Below are positions 27,194-32,675 of a DNA stretch of 32,675 nucleotides, piece after piece. Under the pieces are notes generated by a model that did no database searches, was not told the origin of the DNA, and saw nothing but the letters and a program-made list of their open reading frames with translations. The translations under genes were made by a program, and so were the position numbers. Origin of the DNA: a virus (Duplodnaviria > Caudoviricetes); IMG/VR virus record IMGVR_UViG_3300044228_004908, positions 1-32,675 of that record. One strand, given 5' to 3'. Position 1 is the stretch's first letter. Each line of letters begins with the position of its first letter.

Positions 27194-30100
27194 ATGGCTG
27201 AAAACATCCCAGGCGTCCGCGCAAATGAAATTGATCGTTCCCAAGTTACGCCTTTAGGAATCGATGGTATTCCCGCAGGCGTAATCGGAACTGCGCATCA
27301 AGGACCTGCATTCGTCCCAGTTACTATTTCTAATTTTGCAGATTTTGAAAAAATCTTTGGTGTTATTGATAAGGTTGCAGACAAGTCCATGTTCGGACCA
27401 GTTGCAGCTCAACAGTGGCTTAGAAATGCTAATGCCCTGACTTACGTTAGAGTTCTTGGCGCAGGCAACGGAAAGCAAAGAACTAGCGATGATATCGTCA
27501 CTAATGGCGGGTTCGTAGTAGGAAACGAGTTACCACAAGATTCAGGTTTCTTGGGTGCCAATTCATTCGCAAATGAGAATGGTGAACCGGGAAGAGTTTA
27601 CTTTCTTGGCGCTTATATGTCACAGTCAAATGGATCAACCATTTTCTCTGACGCAGGAATACAAAACCTAGGTGAGGACAAAGCACGCCCAATACTTAGA
27701 GGTGTTCTTTTTACACCGTCAGGAACTTCTCTCACACTTTCTTGCTCAAACGGTGTCGCAGACAACATACCTTCAGATACAGACACTACAGCATCAAGCG
27801 TTGGATTTGTTACAGGAACAGTGAACTTTGAAAACGGTTCTCCGAAGTTTACGATGCTGATTAAGGGTTTGAAAGACACTACGGAAAACATCATTACTGC
27901 TTCTCTTGACCCTGCAGAAGCAAAAAGCTATTTTGCAACAGCTTTTAACACAGATCCTTCTAAAATGGAAGAGCGTGGACACTACTTATACACTCATTAT
28001 GATGTTTATTCTGGGTTTGCAGTTGTCACAGGATCTGGTTTGACACCAAGCGATTCTGCAGAAATGATCAACAAGACATGTTCTACGACCTACGGAGGCG
28101 GCTCAGATGTCGTCTTCTTAACAACCAGCTCCCTTGACAGAAACACACTTGACGGTGATGTTCCAAACTATGAAGGATTCCAGACCAGGTTTGATCACGC
28201 AAGATCGCCTTTCGTGATTTCCCAAAAGTTTGGTGGAACTGCGAAAGATCTGTTTAGAGTTCACGCATTAAGCGATGGTGTTACTAAGTCTAAAGCATCT
28301 GATCCTGTTGGATCTAACACTAAATTTAAAGTTTCCATCGAGAACATTAGAAAGTCTACTGATCCTAATAATGACTACGGTACTTTCGATCTTGTCGTCA
28401 GAGACTTCTTCGATCAAGATGAGTCTAGCAAGCAGATTCCTTTGGAGCAGTATAGAGGGCTTTCCCTGGATCCAGGCGCTGACAGATATATCGGCCGAAT
28501 AATCGGTGATAGAAATATTTTTTACGATTTCGAGCAGCAGACAGGATTCCAAAAGATTGTTGTCCAAGGCAAATATTCCAATATGTCTAATTTAATCCGC
28601 GTTGAGATTAACGCAGATGTAGAATCAGGTGATATCGACGGCACAGCGCTTCCGGTTGGATTTAGAGGGCTTGATCACCTGATAACGTCAGGAAGTAACC
28701 CGCTTACAGCAATTCCAGATGCTGGCCTCACAACAGACGCAACTGAGCTACTCAAGTCAACAGTTGAGCCCCCAGTTCCATTCAGAGAACATTTACTTAT
28801 TGGTTCTGGTAGCGTAAGCGCTCGCGCCAAACCTTCCTTATATTGGGGCGTTCAATTCCAGCGTAAGGTTGAATTGGCTAAGCCGAATGAAGATTTACAA
28901 TCTGAGCCAACCATTCAAAGTTTCACGAAGTTCTTCCCTAATTTCTACGGCTTGAATAGCACAAACATGAACGTTATGACAGGTTCAAACGCAGGCCAAG
29001 CAGATGCTTCAGGTATCGTATTTGACTGTGATAGATTTAATAACAACGGATTTACACTTGAAAACGTTAGGATTCTTACAGGCTCTGGCGATAAAGCAGA
29101 CGCTTCTTCTAACGGAATCAAGGAGTGGAGATACGAACGAGCAGGAAATGTTACTGCAGATGCTTCTGCTAAGACTAGAGCCTGGACAGTTGATGATACC
29201 AGTGATCAAAAAGTATCTAACGTTTCTAAGTTCACGTTCCCAATCCAGGGTGGTTTTGACGGCCTAAGCATCTTCGATGCAGATTCAGCTAACCTTAATG
29301 ATAAGTCCGCCAAGGGCGAAATGGATGATGCAAACCGCGGACAAAGAGAAGGTTCTACAGTTTCAGCATACTTTAGAGCTCTTGACGTTATGGCAGATAA
29401 ATCAGACGTTGACATTCAGCTTCTGGCAATTCCTGGCCTTCGACAAGAAGTGATTTCAGATCAAGCTATTCTAAAGGTAGAAGACAGGTTCGACGCGCTT
29501 TACATTATGGATATTGAAGAAAGAGACAATGTTAACACAGTGGTTACATCTTCGGTCCAAAAAGATAGCATAAGCGTTGCAAATACAGTTACGGCGTTTG
29601 ATTCTAGAAACTTAGATTCTTCCTTTGCAGCCGCTTACTTCCCAGACGTGACAATGACTGTGGCACAGAAATCATTGGACTCTCAGACGAAAGTTCTTAG
29701 AGAACAAACCACATCGGTTGTGGTACCCCCTTCTGTTGCAGTTATCGGTGCATTCTCCGCGAATGATCGCGTTGCATTCCCATGGTTCGCCGCAGCAGGA
29801 TTTAGCAGAGGCGCTCTCAAGAATGTTACAGAAGTTAAGACTAAATTAAACGAAGACAACCTTGAAGATTTGAATAACTCAAAGATTAACCCAATCCAGA
29901 CGTTCCCGAACTCTGGGCCAGTGGTATTCGGTCAAAGAACTCTGCAGCAAGCAGCATCTGCTCTTGACAGAGTCAATGTTAGAAGGCTTCTGATTGACAT
30001 CAGGCGCTCAGTGCGCCAGGCAGCAAATCAGATCCTGTTTGAGCCAAATAGAGAGGCAACCCTTGCAAGGCTCAGCGCAAGAGTTCGACCAATCTTGCAA

Positions 30101-30280
30101 AACGTTCAGCAGAATTCAGGCATCGATAGATTTAAAGTTATCATTGATGCTTCTACTACAACTCAAGCAGACGTTGAGAACAACACTGTGAGAGGAAAAA
30201 TCTTTATTCAACCAACCCGAACCGCCGAATTCATCTCTCTCGACTTCGTCGTTACAAATGCGGGCGTAGAAGGAATTTAA
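27194..30280 (+). CDS. Tail sheath protein 2 (gp18-like paralog)
   Basis: 'PGVRANEID', 'GPAFVP', 'PWFAAAGFSRG', 'INPI', 'FGQRTLQ..SALDRVNVRRL', 'FEPN', 'PTRTAEFISLDF'. ATG 27194 is 8 nt after GGAG and is preferred to TTG 27188. Confidence 0.95.
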   Translation: MAENIPGVRANEIDRSQVTPLGIDGIPAGVIGTAHQGPAFVPVTISNFADFEKIFGVIDKVADKSMFGPVAAQQWLRNANALTYVRVLGAGNGKQRTSDDIVTNGGFVVGNELPQDSGFLGANSFANENGEPGRVYFLGAYMSQSNGSTIFSDAGIQNLGEDKARPILRGVLFTPSGTSLTLSCSNGVADNIPSDTDTTASSVGFVTGTVNFENGSPKFTMLIKGLKDTTENIITASLDPAEAKSYFATAFNTDPSKMEERGHYLYTHYDVYSGFAVVTGSGLTPSDSAEMINKTCSTTYGGGSDVVFLTTSSLDRNTLDGDVPNYEGFQTRFDHARSPFVISQKFGGTAKDLFRVHALSDGVTKSKASDPVGSNTKFKVSIENIRKSTDPNNDYGTFDLVVRDFFDQDESSKQIPLEQYRGLSLDPGADRYIGRIIGDRNIFYDFEQQTGFQKIVVQGKYSNMSNLIRVEINADVESGDIDGTALPVGFRGLDHLITSGSNPLTAIPDAGLTTDATELLKSTVEPPVPFREHLLIGSGSVSARAKPSLYWGVQFQRKVELAKPNEDLQSEPTIQSFTKFFPNFYGLNSTNMNVMTGSNAGQADASGIVFDCDRFNNNGFTLENVRILTGSGDKADASSNGIKEWRYERAGNVTADASAKTRAWTVDDTSDQKVSNVSKFTFPIQGGFDGLSIFDADSANLNDKSAKGEMDDANRGQREGSTVSAYFRALDVMADKSDVDIQLLAIPGLRQEVISDQAILKVEDRFDALYIMDIEERDNVNTVVTSSVQKDSISVANTVTAFDSRNLDSSFAAAYFPDVTMTVAQKSLDSQTKVLREQTTSVVVPPSVAVIGAFSANDRVAFPWFAAAGFSRGALKNVTEVKTKLNEDNLEDLNNSKINPIQTFPNSGPVVFGQRTLQQAASALDRVNVRRLLIDIRRSVRQAANQILFEPNREATLARLSARVRPILQNVQQNSGIDRFKVIIDASTTTQADVENNTVRGKIFIQPTRTAEFISLDFVVTNAGVEGI

Positions 30281-30310
30281 CTCACATGAGAATATTTTTT
30301 GGCGTGACGT

Positions 30311-30319
30311 ATATTTATA
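30311..30319 (+). promoter_or_regulatory. Putative late promoter motif ATATTTATA
   Basis: Intergenic, about 26 nt before the tail tube start. Confidence 0.62.
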
Positions 30320-30344
30320 ATGAGAGAGATGTTAGGAGCTTGTA

Positions 30345-30836
30345 ATGGCAGAAACACTATCAGTCGCAGAGATGCTTCCAAATAAGTTTGAACCGAAACG
30401 CAAGTTTCGATGGGTTTTTGCTATAGAAGGGATAGACGCATTCTTAATGAAGACCGCAGCTCGTCCCCAGATTCAAACCCCGGCCCAGACAATACAGTTC
30501 ATCAATCACACGCGTTATGTCGCAGGAAGAACTGTTTTCCAGGAAATGAACGTTTCTCTTTACGATCCTATCGCACCTTCAGGTGCTCAGCAGGTTATGG
30601 AGTGGGTGAGAACTCACTTTGAATCCGTTTCTGGTCGTAGTGGCTACGCTGACTTTTACAAGCGTGACTGCCAGATCAAGATGTTGGATCCAGTAGGAAC
30701 AGTTGTTGAACTCTGGGACGTCAAAGGTGCGTTTATCACAAGCGCTAACTTTGGTCAAGACTTGGATTACAATTCTGAAGCTCCTGCAGAAGTTCAGCTT
30801 ACGCTGAGATTTGACAACTGCGTCCTTCAATACTGA
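30345..30836 (+). CDS. Tail tube protein (T4 gp19-like)
   Basis: 163 aa, 'FEPKRKFRW', 'YVAGR', 'Q.VMEW', 'YKRD..I.MLDP.G..VE.W...GAF', 'LDY'. Follows the sheath genes; AGGAG SD. Confidence 0.9.
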   Translation: MAETLSVAEMLPNKFEPKRKFRWVFAIEGIDAFLMKTAARPQIQTPAQTIQFINHTRYVAGRTVFQEMNVSLYDPIAPSGAQQVMEWVRTHFESVSGRSGYADFYKRDCQIKMLDPVGTVVELWDVKGAFITSANFGQDLDYNSEAPAEVQLTLRFDNCVLQY

Positions 30837-30941
30837 TTTAATATCCGACGTATATGGCATATCCGCATTGCTCTTTGTGAGCAAGCCAAAAAATTTGTAT
30901 TCACTGGTTTAACGTCTCTCTCACGTTAACATACAATATAA

Positions 30942-31805
30942 ATGATTCGAAAGGACACCAGTATGTCTCGCAAAAATGATATCTTTACTTCTACTGGCAT
31001 GCACGAACAGATGATGCAGCCATCGATCGAGAGGATGGAACAAGACTTAGGTTTTGACATTCCTGTTGAGCAAGTACCTTTGCCCTCGCAGGGTTTAGCA
31101 TACCCAGAAGGACACCCGCTTCACGGAAAAGTTGCTGTTTCAATTAGAGCAATGACAGCAAGAGAAGAAGATATCCTCACGTCAAGAGCACTTATTAAGC
31201 AAGGCACCGTTATTTCACACCTGCTTTCTTCTTGCCTAATGGACAAGACAATAAACACACGCTCAATGCTCAGTGGTGACCGAACAGCGGTGATGATCGC
31301 ACTTAGAATCACAGGATACGGTGCTGGATATAACGTTGAGATGGATTGCCCAGAATGCGGAACAAATCAACAGTGTGAGTGCAACTTGGCAGACCTCCCT
31401 ATTAGAACCCTCGATCTTGAACCTGTCGAACCAAACACAAACTTATTTGCTTTTAAGTTGCCCATGTCAGGTAAGACCGTTCACTTTAGATTTGCTACTG
31501 GCGAAGATGAGGAAGAGCAATCGCTTCTCACAGAGAGAAAGAGAAAGCAAGGCTTTACAGCAGACAGCTTGGTAACAGATAGACTCCAGCGTGTAATCGT
31601 TTCTATCGATGGAGAGACTTCAGGCGGAAAGATAAATCAATTTATCAGAAACATGCCTGCTAGAGATTCTTTGACCCTACGACGCTATATTGACGCACAC
31701 GAACCTTCGGTGTTAATGACGACACCCTTCACATGCACTGGTTGCGGATATGAAGAGGAGGTGGGCCTTCCGATAGGCCCATCGTTTTTTTGGCCTGAAA
31801 CCTAG
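30942..31805 (+). CDS. Baseplate hub/tail assembly chaperone (T4 gp26-like)
   Basis: 'VPLPSQG..Y', 'MTAREEDIL', 'GDR.A.MI.LR..GYG', CPEC, 'FKLP.SG..V.FR', CTGC, terminal 'FFWP'. True start may be ATG 30963, which has AAGGA upstream. Confidence 0.78.
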   Translation: MIRKDTSMSRKNDIFTSTGMHEQMMQPSIERMEQDLGFDIPVEQVPLPSQGLAYPEGHPLHGKVAVSIRAMTAREEDILTSRALIKQGTVISHLLSSCLMDKTINTRSMLSGDRTAVMIALRITGYGAGYNVEMDCPECGTNQQCECNLADLPIRTLDLEPVEPNTNLFAFKLPMSGKTVHFRFATGEDEEEQSLLTERKRKQGFTADSLVTDRLQRVIVSIDGETSGGKINQFIRNMPARDSLTLRRYIDAHEPSVLMTTPFTCTGCGYEEEVGLPIGPSFFWPET

Positions 31806-32058
31806 TGATAGAGATATCTACCTAGAGCAAACATTTCTTCTAATGTACTACGGTGGCTTCACTTACTCCGAAGCTTATAAGCTCCCAATCCAGTACCGCA
31901 ACTGGTTCATCGATCGAATTAATAAAGAATTTAAAAAAGCAGCCGACCAGGGTGAAGCCGCGCAGTCAAGAGCCGCGCATCAAAACGACCCTACAACAAG
32001 AGCACTTTCAGGTCACTCCCGAGCAGAAGGACCTTCTAGAATCAGAAGATTTACGTAA
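31786..32058 (+). CDS. gp51-like C-terminal module, probably made as a frameshifted extension of the gp26-like protein
   Basis: The frame of ORF 31843 is open upstream to a TAG at 31774-31776 and reads FFGLKPSDRDIYLEQTFLLMYYGGFTYSEAYKLPIQYRNWFI, resembling the gp51 pattern F.LM.....S..E...M...ER. ATG 31843 has no SD at usable spacing. Confidence 0.65.
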   Translation, partial: FFGLKPSDRDIYLEQTFLLMYYGGFTYSEAYKLPIQYRNWFIDRINKEFKKAADQGEAAQSRAAHQNDPTTRALSGHSRAEGPSRIRRFT

Positions 32059-32062
32059 CTGT

Positions 32063-32070
32063 ATATTTAC
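32063..32070 (+). promoter_or_regulatory. Putative late promoter motif ATATTTAC
   Basis: Intergenic, about 41 nt before ATG 32111. Confidence 0.55.
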
Positions 32071-32110
32071 TAAATGCTGATAAGCAAAAATCCCAACAAC
32101 GGTGTAAGAC

Positions 32111-32675
32111 ATGGCAGAAGGTATTGACAATCTATTAGCGCAGCTAGATTTACTCGTAAGTCAAAATAATTCGATCACTGCAACAGTGTCAAATCTGCAA
32201 GAGCTTAAGACGCTAGTAAATGATATTAACGCGCAAGGAACAGCAGGTCTTTCATCTGCGCAGCAAGCTAAACTTAAGACAGCGCAAGCTTTAATTAAGT
32301 CTACAGCTTCTTCTGCAAAACAGGTTGGGCAAGCAGCTTCTGCTGCAGCTGTATCTACTAACGATATGACTGAATCCTTGAAGAAGGCCGGAATGGCTGT
32401 AGGTCTCGGGGCTCTTACAATCGGTGCTTTTAAACTAGGAAGTCAGCTCGACAAAGTAGCATTTAAAGCCTCAGGGATGGATAAAGTTTTCAAGACAATG
32501 GGTGTTTCCGGGGCAGAAGGATTCACAGACGCATTCGTAAAATCGTACGACGAGAAAGTTGTGCCTGTCTTGCAGCAAGCAGAAGATTCTTTTGCATCTC
32601 TTTTCGGTGAAGCACAACAAAAGGGTACGGGTGCAGTTGCTAATTTAGGATTTGACCTAAGACAACAAGTTGATC
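32111..32675 (+). CDS. Probable tape measure protein, N-terminal part (3'-truncated, absent from the ORF track)
   Basis: Open from ATG 32111 to the window end (MAEGIDNLLAQLDLLVSQNN...AGMAVGLGALTIGAFKLG...). Ala/Gln/Ser-rich and helical with a hydrophobic Gly/Ala stretch; canonical position after tube and chaperone genes. Confidence 0.62.
   Translation, partial: MAEGIDNLLAQLDLLVSQNNSITATVSNLQELKTLVNDINAQGTAGLSSAQQAKLKTAQALIKSTASSAKQVGQAASAAAVSTNDMTESLKKAGMAVGLGALTIGAFKLGSQLDKVAFKASGMDKVFKTMGVSGAEGFTDAFVKSYDEKVVPVLQQAEDSFASLFGEAQQKGTGAVANLGFDLRQQVD

Noticed and set aside
31853-32080. 75-aa ORF in the third frame as a -1 frameshift target
   Set aside because: That frame has a TGA at 31796-31798 right after the T-run and shows no gp51-like pattern.
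1-32675. Stop-codon reassignment as seen in some large phages
   Set aside because: Genes are full length and tightly packed in the standard code; TAA, TAG and TGA all end credible genes.
24037-32675. Bacterial contractile injection system or tailocin rather than a phage
   Set aside because: The same contig carries terminase, portal, protease, scaffold, capsid and replication genes.
1-32675. tRNA genes, CRISPR arrays, IS elements or long DNA repeats
   Set aside because: None seen by eye; intergenic gaps are short (under about 170 nt) and mostly explained by promoter, terminator or SD elements. A covariance-model scan was not run.

Overview
A 32.7-kb fragment of a large, distantly T4-related contractile-tailed (myovirus-type) phage. 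All credible genes are on the + strand and read in the standard code. Order: two paralogous tail/baseplate-type proteins; a DNA-processing block (RuvC-like resolvase, primase, a single-chain SbcD-SbcC/Mre11-Rad50 fusion, a small Zn-finger protein); a head module (TerL, portal, prohead protease, several hypotheticals, a phage ribosomal protein bS21, scaffold, major capsid protein, two paralogous decoration-like proteins); neck and tail-terminator genes; two ~1,030-aa tail sheath paralogs; tail tube; a gp26/gp51-like pair; and the start of a probable tape-measure gene. Strongest leads: (1) a hairpin + T7 recoding site that would fuse the gp26-like and gp51-like ORFs (lambda G/GT position, but +1/-2 phase and terminator-shaped); (2) strong enrichment of [S/T]-[G/A/S]-S tripeptides in virion proteins, confined to the insertion domain in the capsid protein, suggesting a modification sequon; (3) bS21 inside a late operon with strong Shine-Dalgarno sites; (4) a recurring ATATTTA late-promoter-like motif; (5) a probable leaderless primase mRNA; (6) an internal in-frame start in the scaffold gene. 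Annotations come from motif recognition by eye and synteny; no searches were run and counts are hand counts.
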